Shown here piece after piece: positions 12,660 to 28,000 of a DNA stretch of 64,000 nt. Position 1 is the first letter of the stretch. Each line of letters starts with the position of its first letter. The position numbers were made by a program, and so were the translations under genes. The DNA is taken from the NCBI GenBank assembly GCA_964016885.1, contig OZ024740.1:15128001-15192000 (forward strand). Direction: 5' to 3'. This stretch comes from Eledone cirrhosa. Its lineage: Eukaryota. The notes below the pieces were generated by a model. That model was not told where the DNA came from. It worked only from the letters and a program-made list of their open reading frames with translations, and searched no databases.

Positions 12660-15600
12660 TATATTTCCCACTAAACAGAGGTGTGAAATATAGTATGTTG
12701 TAAACACCTTCATGATCATAATTCCCACTACACAGAGGTGTGAAATATAGGGTGTTGTAAACACCTTCATGATTATATTTCCCACTAAACAGAGGTGTGA
12801 AATATAGAATGTTTTAAATACCTTCATGGTTATATTTCACACTAAACAGAGGTGTGAAATATAGGATGCTTTAAACACCTTCATGGTTATATTTCCCACT
12901 AAACAGAGGTGTGAAATATAGGATGTTTTAAAAACCTTCATGGTTATATTTCCCACTACACAGAGGTGTGTAATATAGGGTGTTGTAAACACCTTCATGA
13001 TTATATTTCCCACTAAACAGAGGTGTGAAATATAGAATGTTTTAAATACCTTCATGGTTGTATTTCCCAATAAACAGAGGTGTGAAATATAGGATGTTTT
13101 AAACACCTTCATGGTTATATTTCCCACTAAACAGTGGTGTGAAATATAGGATGTTTTAAACACCTTCATGGTTATATTTCCCACTAAACAGAGGTGTGAA
13201 ATATAGGATGTTTTAAAAACCTTCATGTTTATATTTCCCACTACACAGAGGTGTGAAATATAGGATGTTTTAAACACCTTCATGGTTATATTTCCCACTA
13301 AACAGAGGTGTGCAATATAGGATGTTTTAAACACCTTCATGGTTATATTTCCCACTAAACAGAGGTGTGAAATATAGGATGTTTTAACACCTTCATGGTT
13401 ATATTTCCCACTAAACAGAGGTGTGAAATATAGGATGTTTTAAACACCTTCATGGTTATATTTCCCACTAAACAGAGGTGTGAAATATAGGATGTTTTAA
13501 ACCCCTTCATGGTTATATTTCCCACTAAACAGAGGTGTGCAATATAGGATGTTTTAAACACCTTCATGATTATATTTCCCACTAAACAGAGGTGTGAAAT
13601 ATAGTATGTTGTAAACACCTTCATGATCATAATTCCCACTACACAGAGGTGTGAAATATAGGGTGTTGTAAACACCTTCATGATTATATTTCCCACTAAA
13701 CAGAGGTGTGAAATATAGAATGTTTTAAATACCTTCATGGTTATATTTCACACTAAACAGAGGTGTGAAATATAGTATGTTGTAAACACCTTCATGATCA
13801 TAATTCCCACTACACAGAGGTGTGAAATATAGGGTGTTGTAAACACCTTCATGATTATATTTCCCACTAAACAGAGGTGTGAAATATAGAATGTTTTAAA
13901 TACCTTCATGGTTATATTTCACACTAAACAGAGGTGTGGAATATAGGATGCTTTAAACACCTTCATGGTTATATTTCCCACTAAACAGAGGTGTGAAATA
14001 TAGGATGTTTTAAAAACCTTCATGGTTATATTTCCCACTACACAGAGGTGTGTAATATAGGGTGTTGTAAACACCTTCATGATTATATTTCCCACTAAAC
14101 AGAGGTGTGAAATATAGAATGTTTTAAATACCTTCATGGTTGTATTTCCCAATAAACAGAGGTGTGAAATATAGGATGTTTTAAACACCTTCATGGTTAT
14201 ATTTCCCACTAAACAGTGGTGTGAAATATAGGATGTTTTAAACACCTTCATGGTTATATTTCCCACTAAACAGAGGTGTGAAATATAGGATGTTTTAAAA
14301 ACCTTCAAGTTTATATTTCCCACTACACAGAGGTGTGAAATATAGGGTGTTGTAAACACCTTCATGATTATATTTCCCACTAAACAGAGGTGTGCAATAT
14401 AGGATGTTTTAAACACCTTCATGGTTATATATCCCACTAAACAGAGGTGTGAAATATAGGATGTTTTAAAAACCTTCATGGTTATATTTCCCACTAAGCA
14501 GAGGTGTGAAATATAGGATGTTTTAAACACCTTCATGGTTATATTTCCCACTAAACAGAGGTGTGCAATATAGGATGTTTTAAACACCTTCATGGTTATA
14601 TTTCCCACTAAACAGAGGTGTGAAATATAGGATGTTTTAACACCTTCATGGTTATATTTCCCACTAAACAGAGGTGTGAAATATAGGATGTTTTAAACAC
14701 CTTCATGGTTATATTTCCCACTAAACAGAGGTGTGAAATATAGGATGTTTTAAACCCCTTCATGGTTATATTTCCCACTAAACAGAGGTGTGCAATATAG
14801 GATGTTTTAAACACCTTCATGATTATATTTCCCACTAAACAGAGGTGTGAAATATAGTATGTTGTAAACACCTTCATGATCATAATTCCCACTACACAGA
14901 GGTGTGAAATATAGGGTGTTGTAAACACCTTCATGATTATATTTCCCACTAAACAGAGGTGTGAAATATAGAATGTTTTAAATACCTTCATGGTTATATT
15001 TCACACTAAACAGAGGTGTGGAATATAGGATGCTTTAAACACCTTCATGGTTATATTTCCCACTAAACAGAGGTGTGAAATATAGGATGCTTTAAACACC
15101 TTCATGGTTATATTTCCAACTAAACAGAGGTGTGAAATATAGGATGTTTTAAACACCTTCATGGTCATATTTCCCACTAAACAGAGGTGTGAAATATAGG
15201 ATGTTTTAAACACCTTCATGGTTATATTTCCCACTAAACAGAGGTGTGCAATATAGGATGTTTTAAACACCTTCATGGTTATATTTCCCACTAAACAGAG
15301 GTGTGAAATATAGGATGTTTTAACACCTTCATGGTTATATTTCCCACTAAACAGAGGTGTGAAATATAGGATGTTTTAAACACCTTCATGGTTATACTTC
15401 CCACTAAACAGAGGTGTGAAATATATGATGTTTTAAACCCCTTCATGGTTATATTTCCCACTAAACAGAGGTGTGCAATATAGGATGTTTTATACACCTT
15501 CATGATTATATTTCCCACTAAACAGAGGTGTGAAATATAGGATGTTGTAAACACCTTCATGTTATATTTCCCACTACACAGAGGTGTGAAATATAGGGTG

Positions 15601-18600
15601 TTGTAAACACCTTCATGATTATATTTCCCACTAAACAGAGGTGTGAAATATAGAATGTTTTAAATACCTTCATGTTTATATTTCCCAATAAACAGGTGTG
15701 AAATATAGGATGTTTTAAACACCTTCATGGTTATATTTCCCACTAAACAGTGGTGTGAAATATAGGATGTTTTAAACATCTTCATGGTTATATTTCCCAC
15801 TGAACAGAGGTGTGAAATATAGGATGTTTTAAAAACCTTCATGTTTATATTTCCCACTACACAGAGGTGTGAAATATAGGGTGTTGTAAACACCTTCATG
15901 ATTATATTTCCCACTAAAAAGAGGTGTGAAATATAGGATGTTTTAAACACCTTCATGGCTATATTTCCCACTAAACAGAGGTGAGGAATATAGGATGTTT
16001 TAAACCCCTTCATGGTTATATTTCACACTAAACAGAGGTGTGGAATATAGGATGCTTTAAACACCTTCATGGTTATATTTCCCACTAAACAGAGGTGTGA
16101 AATATAGGATGCTTTAAACACCTTCATGGTATATTTCCCACTAAACAGAGGTGTGAAATATAGGATGTTTTAAACACCTTCATTGTTATATTTCCCACTA
16201 AAGAGAGGTGTGAAATATAGGATGTTTTAAACACCTTCATGTTTATATTTCCCACTAAACAGAGGTGTGAAATATAGGATGTTTTAACACCTTCATGGTT
16301 ATATTTCCCACTAAACAGAGGTATGAAATATAGGATGTTTTAAACACCTTCATGGTTATATTTCCCACTAAACAGAGGTGTGAAATATAGGATGTTTTAA
16401 AAACCTTCATGGTTATATTTCCCACTAAACAGAGGTGGGAAATATAGGATGTTTTAAACACCTTCATGGTTATATTTCCCACTAAACAGAGGTGTGAAAT
16501 ATAGGTTGTTTTAAACCCCTTCATGGTTATATTTCCCACTAAACAGAGGTGTGCAATATAGGATGTTTTAAACACCTTCATGATTATATTTCCCACTAAA
16601 CAGAGGTGTGAAATATAGGATGTTGTAAACACCTTCATGGTTATATTTCCCTCTACACAGAGGTGTGAAATATAGGGTGTTGTAAACACCTTCATGCTTA
16701 TATTTCCCATTAAACAGAGGTGTGAAATATAGAATGTTTTAAATACCTTCATGGTTATATTTCCCAATAAACAGAGGTGTGAAATATAGGATGTTTCAAA
16801 CACCTTCATGGTTATATTTCCCACTAAACAGAGGTGTGAAATATAGGATGTTTTAAACACCTTCATGGTTATATTTCTCACTAAACAGAGGTGTGAAATA
16901 TAGGATGTTTTAAACACCTTCATGATTATATTTCCCACTAAACAGAGGTGTGAAATATAGGATGTTTTAAACACCTTATATGGTTATATTTTCTACTAAA
17001 CAGAGGTGTGAAATATAGGATGTTTTAAACACCTTCATGGTTATATTTCCCACTAAACAGAGGTGTGCAATATAGGATGTTTTAAACACCTTCATGATTA
17101 TATTTCCCACTAAACAGAGGTGTGAAATATAGGATGTTGTAAACACCTTAATGGTTATATTTCCCACTACAAAGAGGTGTGAAATATAGGGTGTTGTAAA
17201 CACCTTCATGATTATATTTCCCACTAAACAGAGGTGTGAAATATAGAATGTTTTTAATACCTTCATGGTTATATTTCCCAATCAACAGAGGTGTGAAATA
17301 TAGGATGTTTTAAACACGTTCATGGTTATATTTCCCACTAAACAGAGGTGGTAAATATAGGATGTTTTAAACACCTTCATGGTTATATTTCCCACTAAAC
17401 AGAGGTGTGAAATATAGTATGTTTTAAACACCTTCATGGTTATGTTTCCCACTAAACAGAGGTGTGAAATATAGGATGTTTTAAACACCTTCATGGTTAT
17501 ATTTCCCACTAAACAGAGGTGTGAAATATAGGATGTTTTAAACACCTTCATGGTTATATTTCCCACTAAACAGAGGTGTGCAATATAGGATGTTTTAAAC
17601 ACCTTCATGGTTATATTTCCCACTAAACAGAGGTGTGAAATATAGGATGTTTTAACACCTTCATGGTTATATTTCCCACTAAACAGAGGTGTGAAATATA
17701 GGATGTTTTAAAAACCTTCATGGTTATATTTCCCACTACACAGAGGTGTGAAATATAGGGTGTTGTAAACACCTTTATGATTATATTTCCCACTAAAAAG
17801 AGGTGTGAAATATAGGATATTTTAAACACCTTCATGGCTATATTTCCCACTAAACAGAGGTGAGGAATATAGGATGTTTTAAACCCCTTCATGGTTATAT
17901 TTCACACTAAACAGAGGTGTGGAATATAGGATGCTTTAAACACCTTCATGGTTATATTTCCCACTAAACAGAGGTGTGCAATATAGGATGTTTTAAACAC
18001 CTTCATGGTTATATTTCCCACTAAACAGAGGTGTGAAATATAGGATGTTTTAACACCTTCATGGTTATATTTCCCACTAAACAGAGGTGCGAAATATAGG
18101 ATGTTTTAAACACCTTCATGGTTATATTTCCCACTAAACAGAGGTGTGAAATATAGGATGTTTTAAAAATCTTCATGGTTATATTTCCCACTAAACAGAG
18201 GTGGGAAATATAGGATGTTTTAAACACCTTCATGGTTATATTTCCCACTAAACAGAGGTGTGAAATATAGGATGTTATAAACACCTTCATGGTTATATTT
18301 CCCACTACACAGAGGTGTGAAATATAGGGTGTTGTAAACACCTTCATGCTTATATTTCCCATTAAACAGAGGTGTGAAATATAGAATGTTTTAAATACCT
18401 TCATGGTTATATTTCCCAATAAACAGAGGTGTGAAATATAGGATGTTTCAAACACCTTCATGGTTATATTTCCCACTAAACAGAGGTGTGAAATATAGGA
18501 TGTTTTAAACACCTTCATGGTTATATTTCCCACTAAACAGAGGTGTGAAATATAGGATGTTTTAAACACCTTCATGATTATATTTCCCACTAAACAGAGG

Positions 18601-21600
18601 TGTGAAATATAGGATATTTTAAACACCTTACATGGTTATATTTTCTACTAAACAGAGGTGTGAAATATAGGATGTTTTAAACACCTTCATGGTTATATTT
18701 CCCACTAAACAGTGGTGTGACATATAGGATGTTTTAAACACCTTCATGGTTATATTTCCCACTAAACAGAGGTGTGAAATATAGGATGTTTCAAACACCT
18801 TCATGGTTATATTTCCCACTAAACAGAGGTGTGAAATATAGGATGTTTTAAACACCTTCATGGTTATATTTCCCACTAAACAGAGGTGTGAAATATAGTA
18901 TGTTGTAAACACCTTCATGATCATAATTCCCACTACACAGAGGTGTGAAATATAGGGTGTTGTAAACACCTTCATGATTATATTTCCCACTAAACAGAGG
19001 TGTGAAATATAGAATGTTTTAAATACCTTCATGGTTATATTTCACACTAAACAGAGGTGTGAAATATAGGATGCTTTAAACACCTTCATGGTTATATTTC
19101 CCACTAAACAGAGGTGTGAAATATAGGATGTTTTAAAAACCTTCATGGTTATATTTCCCACTACACAGAGGTGTGTAATATAGGGTGTTGTAAACACCTT
19201 CATGATTATATTTCCCACTAAACAGAGGTGTGAAATATAGAATGTTTTAAATACCTTCATGGTTGTATTTCCCAATAAACAGAGGTGTGAAATATAGGAT
19301 GTTTTAAACACCTTCATGGTTATATTTCCCACTAAACAGTGGTGTGAAATATAGGATGTTTTAAACACCTTCATGGTTATATTTCCCACTAAACAGAGGT
19401 GTGAAATATAGGATGTTTTAAAAACCTTCATGTTTATATTTCCCACTACACAGAGGTGTGAAATATAGGATGTTTTAAACACCTTCATGGTTATATTTCC
19501 CACTAAACAGAGGTGTGCAATATAGGATGTTTTAAACACCTTCATGGTTATATTTCCCACTAAACAGAGGTGTGAAATATAGGATGTTTTAACACCTTCA
19601 TGGTTATATTTCCCACTAAACAGAGGTGTGAAATATAGGATGTTTTAAACACCTTCATGGTTATATTTCCCACTAAACAGAGGTGTGAAATATAGGATGT
19701 TTTAAACCCCTTCATGGTTATATTTCCCACTAAACAGAGGTGTGCAATATAGGATGTTTTAAACACCTTCATGATTATATTTCCCACTAAACAGAGGTGT
19801 GAAATATAGTATGTTGTAAACACCTTCATGATCATAATTCCCACTACACAGAGGTGTGAAATATAGGGTGTTGTAAACACCTTCATGATTATATTTCCCA
19901 CTAAACAGAGGTGTGAAATATAGAATGTTTTAAATACCTTCATGGTTATATTTCACACTAAACAGAGGTGTGAAATATAGTATGTTGTAAACACCTTCAT
20001 GATCATAATTCCCACTACACAGAGGTGTGAAATATAGGGTGTTGTAAACACCTTCATGATTATATTTCCCACTAAACAGAGGTGTGAAATATAGAATGTT
20101 TTAAATACCTTCATGGTTATATTTCACACTAAACAGAGGTGTGGAATATAGGATGCTTTAAACACCTTCATGGTTATATTTCCCACTAAACAGAGGTGTG
20201 AAATATAGGATGTTTTAAAAACCTTCATGGTTATATTTCCCACTACACAGAGGTGTGTAATATAGGGTGTTGTAAACACCTTCATGATTATATTTCCCAC
20301 TAAACAGAGGTGTGAAATATAGAATGTTTTAAATACCTTCATGGTTGTATTTCCCAATAAACAGAGGTGTGAAATATAGGATGTTTTAAACACCTTCATG
20401 GTTATATTTCCCACTAAACAGTGGTGTGAAATATAGGATGTTTTAAACACCTTCATGGTTATATTTCCCACTAAACAGAGGTGTGAAATATAGGATGTTT
20501 TAAAAACCTTCATGTTTATATTTCCCACTACACAGAGGTGTGAAATATAGGGTGTTGTAAACACCTTCATGATTATATTTCCCACTAAACAGAGGTGTGC
20601 AATATAGGATGTTTTAAACACCTTCATGGTTATATATCCCACTAAACAGAGGTGTGAAATATAGGATGTTTTAAAAACCTTCATGGTTATATTTCCCACT
20701 AAGCAGAGGTGTGAAATATAGGATGTTTTAAACACCTTCATGGTTATATTTCCCACTAAACAGAGGTGTGCAATATAGGATGTTTTAAACACCTTCATGG
20801 TTATATTTCCCACTAAACAGAGGTGTGAAATATAGGATGTTTTAACACCTTCATGGTTATATTTCCCACTAAACAGAGGTGTGAAATATAGGATGTTTTA
20901 AACACCTTCATGGTTATATTTCCCACTAAACAGAGGTGTGAAATATAGGATGTTTTAAACCCCTTCATGGTTATATTTCCCACTAAACAGAGGTGTGCAA
21001 TATAGGATGTTTTAAACACCTTCATGATTATATTTCCCACTAAACAGAGGTGTGAAATATAGTATGTTGTAAACACCTTCATGATCATAATTCCCACTAC
21101 ACAGAGGTGTGAAATATAGGGTGTTGTAAACACCTTCATGATTATATTTCCCACTAAACAGAGGTGTGAAATATAGAATGTTTTAAATACCTTCATGGTT
21201 ATATTTCACACTAAACAGAGGTGTGGAATATAGGATGCTTTAAACACCTTCATGGTTATATTTCCCACTAAACAGAGGTGTGAAATATAGGATGCTTTAA
21301 ACACCTTCATGGTTATATTTCCAACTAAACAGAGGTGTGAAATATAGGATGTTTTAAACACCTTCATGGTCATATTTCCCACTAAACAGAGGTGTGAAAT
21401 ATAGGATGTTTTAAACACCTTCATGGTTATATTTCCCACTAAACAGAGGTGTGCAATATAGGATGTTTTAAACACCTTCATGGTTATATTTCCCACTAAA
21501 CAGAGGTGTGAAATATAGGATGTTTTAACACCTTCATGGTTATATTTCCCACTAAACAGAGGTGTGAAATATAGGATGTTTTAAACACCTTCATGGTTAT

Positions 21601-24600
21601 ACTTCCCACTAAACAGAGGTGTGAAATATAGGATGTTTTAAACCCCTTCATGGTTATATTTCCCACTAAACAGAGGTGTGCAATATAGGATGTTTTATAC
21701 ACCTTCATGATTATATTTCCCACTAAACAGAGGTGTGAAATATAGGATGTTGTAAACACCTTCATGTTATATTTCCCACTACACAGAGGTGTGAAATATA
21801 GGGTGTTGTAAACACCTTCATGATTATATTTCCCACTAAACAGAGGTGTGAAATATAGAATGTTTTAAATACCTTCATGGTTATATTTCCCAATAAACAG
21901 GTGTGAAATATAGGATGTTTTAAACACCTTCATGGTTATATTTCCCACTAAACAGTGGTGTGAAATATAGGATGTTTTAAACATCTTCATGGTTATATTT
22001 CCCACTGAACAGAGGTGTGAAATATAGGATGTTTTAAAAACCTTCATGTTTATATTTCCCACTACACAGAGGTGTGAAATATAGGGTGTTGTAAACACCT
22101 TCATGATTATATTTCCCACTAAAAAGAGGTGTGAAATATAGGATGTTTTAAACACCTTCATGGCTATATTTCCCACTAAACAGAGGTGAGGAATATAGGA
22201 TGTTTTAAACCCCTTCATGGTTATATTTCACACTAAACAGAGGTGTGGAATATAGGATGCTTTAAACACCTTCATGGTTATATTTCCCACTAAACAGAGG
22301 TGTGAAATATAGGATGCTTTAAACACCTTCATGGTATATTTCCCACTAAACAGAGGTGTGAAATATAGGATGTTTTAAACACCTTCATTGTTATATTTCC
22401 CACTAAAGAGAGGTGTGAAATATAGGATGTTTTAAACACCTTCATGTTTATATTTCCCACTAAACAGAGGTGTGAAATATAGGATGTTTTAACACCTTCA
22501 TGGTTATATTTCCCACTAAACAGAGGTATGAAATATAGGATGTTTTAAACACCTTCATGGTTATATTTCCCACTAAACAGAGGTGTGAAATATAGGATGT
22601 TTTAAAAACCTTCATGGTTATATTTCCCACTAAACAGAGGTGGGAAATATAGGATGTTTTAAACACCTTCATGGTTATATTTCCCACTAAACAGAGGTGT
22701 GAAATATAGGTTGTTTTAAACCCCTTCATGGTTATATTTCCCACTAAACAGAGGTGTGCAATATAGGATGTTTTAAACACCTTCATGATTATATTTCCCA
22801 CTAAACAGAGGTGTGAAATATAGGATGTTGTAAACACCTTCATGGTTATATTTCCCTCTACACAGAGGTGTGAAATATAGGGTGTTGTAAACACCTTCAT
22901 GCTTATATTTCCCATTAAACAGAGGTGTGAAATATAGAATGTTTTAAATACCTTCATGGTTATATTTCCCAATAAACAGAGGTGTGAAATATAGGATGTT
23001 TCAAACACCTTCATGGTTATATTTCCCACTAAACAGAGGTGTGAAATATAGGATGTTTTAAACACCTTCATGGTTATATTTCTCACTAAACAGAGGTGTG
23101 AAATATAGGATGTTTTAAACACCTTCATGATTATATTTCCCACTAAACAGAGGTGTGAAATATAGGATGTTTTAAACACCTTACATGGTTATATTTTCTA
23201 CTAAACAGAGGTGTGAAATATAGGATGTTTTAAACACCTTCATGGTTATATTTCCCACTAAACAGAGGTGTGCAATATAGGATGTTTTAAACACCTTCAT
23301 GATTATATTTCCCACTAAACAGAGGTGTGAAATATAGGATGTTGTAAACACCTTAATGGTTATATTTCCCACTACAAAGAGGTGTGAAATATAGGGTGTT
23401 GTAAACACCTTCATGATTATATTTCCCACTAAACAGAGGTGTGAAATATAGAATGTTTTTAATACCTTCATGGTTATATTTCCCAATCAACAGAGGTGTG
23501 AAATATAGGATGTTTTAAACACGTTCATGGTTATATTTCCCACTAAACAGAGGTGGGAAATATAGGATGTTTTAAACACCTTCATGGTTATATTTCCCAC
23601 TAAACAGAGGTGTGAAATATAGTATGTTTTAAACACCTTCATGGTTATGTTTCCCACTAAACAGAGGTGTGAAATATAGGATGTTTTAAACACCTTCATG
23701 GTTATATTTCCCACTAAACAGAGGTGTGAAATATAGGATGTTTTAAACACCTTCATGGTTATATTTCCCACTAAACAGAGGTGTGCAATATAGGATGTTT
23801 TAAACACCTTCATGGTTATATTTCCCACTAAACAGAGGTGTGAAATATAGGATGTTTTAACACCTTCATGGTTATATTTCCCACTAAACAGAGGTGTGAA
23901 ATATAGGATGTTTTAAAAACCTTCATGGTTATATTTCCCACTACACAGAGGTGTGAAATATAGGGTGTTGTAAACACCTTTATGATTATATTTCCCACTA
24001 AAAAGAGGTGTGAAATATAGGATATTTTAAACACCTTCATGGCTATATTTCCCACTAAACAGAGGTGAGGAATATAGGATGTTTTAAACCCCTTCATGGT
24101 TATATTTCACACTAAACAGAGGTGTGGAATATAGGATGCTTTAAACACCTTCATGGTTATATTTCCCACTAAACAGAGGTGTGCAATATAGGATGTTTTA
24201 AACACCTTCATGGTTATATTTCCCACTAAACAGAGGTGTGAAATATAGGATGTTTTAACACCTTCATGGTTATATTTCCCACTAAACAGAGGTGCGAAAT
24301 ATAAGATGTTTTAAACACCTTCATGGTTATATTTCCCACTAAACAGAGGTGTGAAATATAGGATGTTTTAAAAATCTTCATGGTTATATTTCCCACTAAA
24401 CAGAGGTGGGAAATATAGGATGTTTTAAACACCTTCATGGTTATATTTCCCACTAAACAGAGGTGTGAAATATAGGATGTTATAAACACCTTCATGGTTA
24501 TATTTCCCACTACACAGAGGTGTGAAATATAGGGTGTTGTAAACACCTTCATGCTTATATTTCCCATTAAACAGAGGTGTGAAATATAGAATGTTTTAAA

Positions 24601-25070
24601 TACCTTCATGGTTATATTTCCCAATAAACAGAGGTGTGAAATATAGGATGTTTCAAACACCTTCATGGTTATATTTCCCACTAAACAGAGGTGTGAAATA
24701 TAGGATGTTTTAAACACCTTCATGGTTATATTTCCCACTAAACAGAGGTGTGAAATATAGGATGTTTTAAACACCTTCATGATTATATTTCCCACTAAAC
24801 AGAGGTGTGAAATATAGGATATTTTAAACACCTTACATGGTTATATTTTCTACTAAACAGAGGTGTGAAATATAGGATGTTTTAAACACCTTCATGGTTA
24901 TATTTCCCACTAAACAGTGGTGTGACATATAGGATGTTTTAAACACCTTCATGGTTATATTTCCCACTAAACAGAGGTGTGAAATATAGGATGTTTCAAA
25001 CACCTTCATGGTTATATTTCCCACTAAACAGAGGTGTGAAATATAGGATGTTTTAAACACCTTCATGGTT
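12660..25070. repeat. Tandem higher-order duplication, 2 x 6205 bp (about 109 monomers each)
   Basis: Thirteen ORF boundary pairs are offset by exactly 6205, from 12837/19042 to 18628/24833. A private 2-bp deletion (aataaacaggtgtg) occurs at about 15695 and 21900. Confidence 0.96.
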
Positions 25071-28000
25071 ATATTTCCCACTAAACAGAGGTGTGCAATA
25101 TAGGATGTTTTAAACACCTTCATGATTATATTTCCCACTAAACAGAGGTGTGAAATATAGGATGTTGTAAACATCTTCATGGTTATATTTCCCACTACAA
25201 AGAGGTGTGAAATATAGGGTGTTGTAAACACCTTCATGATTATATTTCCCACTAAACAGAGGTGTGAAATATAGAAAGTTTTAAATACCTTCATGGTTAT
25301 ATTTCCCAATAAACAGAGGTGTGAAATATAGGATGTTTTAAACACGTTCATGGTTATATTTCCCACTAAACAGAGGTGGGAAATATAGGATGTTTTAAAC
25401 ACCTTCATGGTTATATTTCCCACTAAACAGAGGTGTGCAATATAGGATGTTTTAAACACCTTCATGATTATATTTCCCACTAAACAGAGGTGTGAAATAT
25501 AGGATGTTGTAAACACCTTCATGGTTATATTTCCCACTACACAGAGGTGTGAAATATAGAATGTTTTAAATACATTCATGGTTATATTTCCCAATAAAGA
25601 GAGGTGTGAAATATAGAATGTTTTAAATACATTCATGGTTATATTTCCCAATAAAGAGAGGTGTGAAATAGAGGATGTTTTAAACACCTTCATGGTTATA
25701 TTTCCCACTAAACAGAGGTGTGAAATATAGGATGTTTTAAACACCTTCATGGCTATATTTCCCACTAAACAGAGGTGAGGAATATAGGATGTTTTAAACC
25801 CCTTCATGGTTATATTTCACACTAAACAGAGGTGTGGAATATAGGATGCTTTAAACACCTTCATGGTTATATTTCCCACTAAACAGAGGTGTGAAATATA
25901 GGATGCTTTAAACACCTTCATGGTTATGTTTCCAACTAAACAGAGGTGTGAAATATAGGATGTTTTAAACACCTTCATGGTTATATTTCCCACTAAGCAG
26001 AGGTGTGAAATATAGGATGTTTTAAACACCTTCATGGTTATATTTCCCACTAAACAGAGGTGTGCAATATAGGATGTTTTAAACACCTTCATCGTTATAT
26101 TTCCCACTAAACAGAGGTGTGAAATATAGGATGTTTTAACACCTTCATGATTATATTTCCCACTAAACAAAGGTGTGAAATATAGGATGTTTTAAACACC
26201 TTCATGGTTATATTTCCCTCTAAACAGAGGTGTGAAATATAGGATGTTTTAAAAACCTTCATGGTAATATTTCCCACTAAACAGAGGTGTGAAATATAGG
26301 ATGTTTTAAACACCTTCATGGTTATATTTCCCACTAAACAGAGGTGTGAAATATACGATGTTTTAAACCCCTTCATGGTTACATTTCCCACTAAACAGAG
26401 GTGTGCAATATAGGATGTTTTAAACACCTTCATGATTATATTTCCCACTAAACAGAGGTGTGAAATATAGGATGTTGTAAACACCTTCATGGTTATATTT
26501 CCCACTACACAGAGGTGTGAAATATAGGGTGTTGTAAACACCTTCATGATTATATTTCCCACTAAACAGAGGTGTGAAATATAGAATGTTTTAAATACAT
26601 TCATGGTTATATTTCCCAATAAACAGAGGTGTGAAATATAGGATGTTTTAAACACCTTCATGGTTATATTTCCCACTAAACAGTGGTGTGACATATAGGA
26701 TGTTTTAAACACCTTCATGGTTATATTTCCCACTAAACAGAGGTGTGAAATATAGGATGTTTGAAAACCTTCATGTTTATATTTCCCACTACACAGAGGT
26801 GTGAAATATAGGGTGTTGTAAACACCTTCATGATTATATTTCCCACTAAACAGAGGTGTGCAATATAGGATGTTTTAAACACTTTCATGGTTAAATATCC
26901 CACTAAACAGAGGTGTGAAATATAGGATGTTTTAAAAACATTCATGGTTATATTTCCCACTAAGCAGAGGTGTGAAATATAGGATGTTTTAAACACCTTC
27001 ATGGTTATATTTCCCACTAAACAGAGGTGTGCAATATAGGATGTTTTAAACACCTTCATGGTTATATTTCCCACTAAACAGAGGTGTGAAATATAGGATG
27101 TTTTAACACCTTCATGGTTATATTTCCCACTAAACAGAGGTGTGAAATATAGGATGTTTTAAACCCCTTCATGGTTATATTTCCCACTAAACAGAGGTGT
27201 GCAATATAGGATGTTTTATACACCTTCATGATTATATTTCCCACTAAACAGAGGTGTGAAATATAGGATGTTGTAAACACCTTCATGGTTATATTTCCCA
27301 CTACACAGAGGTGTGAAATATAGGGTGTTGTAAACACCTTCATGATTATATTTCCCACTAAACAGAGGTGTGAAATATAGAATGTTTTAAATACCTTCAT
27401 GGTTATATTTCCCAATAAACAGAGGTGTGAAATATAGGATGTTTTAAACATCTTCATGGTTATATTTCCCACTAAACAGAGGTGTGAAATATAGGATGTT
27501 TTAAACCCCTTCATGCTTATATTTCACACTAAACAGAGGTGTGGAATATAGGATGTTTAAAACACCTTCATGGTTATATTTCCCACTAAACAGAGGTGTG
27601 AAATATAGAATGTTTTAAATACCTTCATGATTATATTTCCCAATAAACAGAGGTGTGAAATATAGGATGTTTTAAACACCTTCATGGTTATATTTACCAC
27701 TAAACAGAGGTGTGAAATATAGGATGTTTTAAACACCTTCATGGTTATATTTCCCACTAAACAGACGTGTGAAATATAGGATGTTGTAAACACCTTCATG
27801 GTTACATTTCCCACTAAACAGAGGTGTGAAATATAGGATGTTTAAAACACCTTCATGGTTATATTTCCTACTAAACAGAGGTGTGAAATATAGGATGTTT
27901 TAACACCTTCATGGTTATATTTCACACTAAACAGAGGTGTGAAATATAGGATGTTTTACACACCTTCATGGTTATATTTCCCACTAAACTGAGGTTGTGA

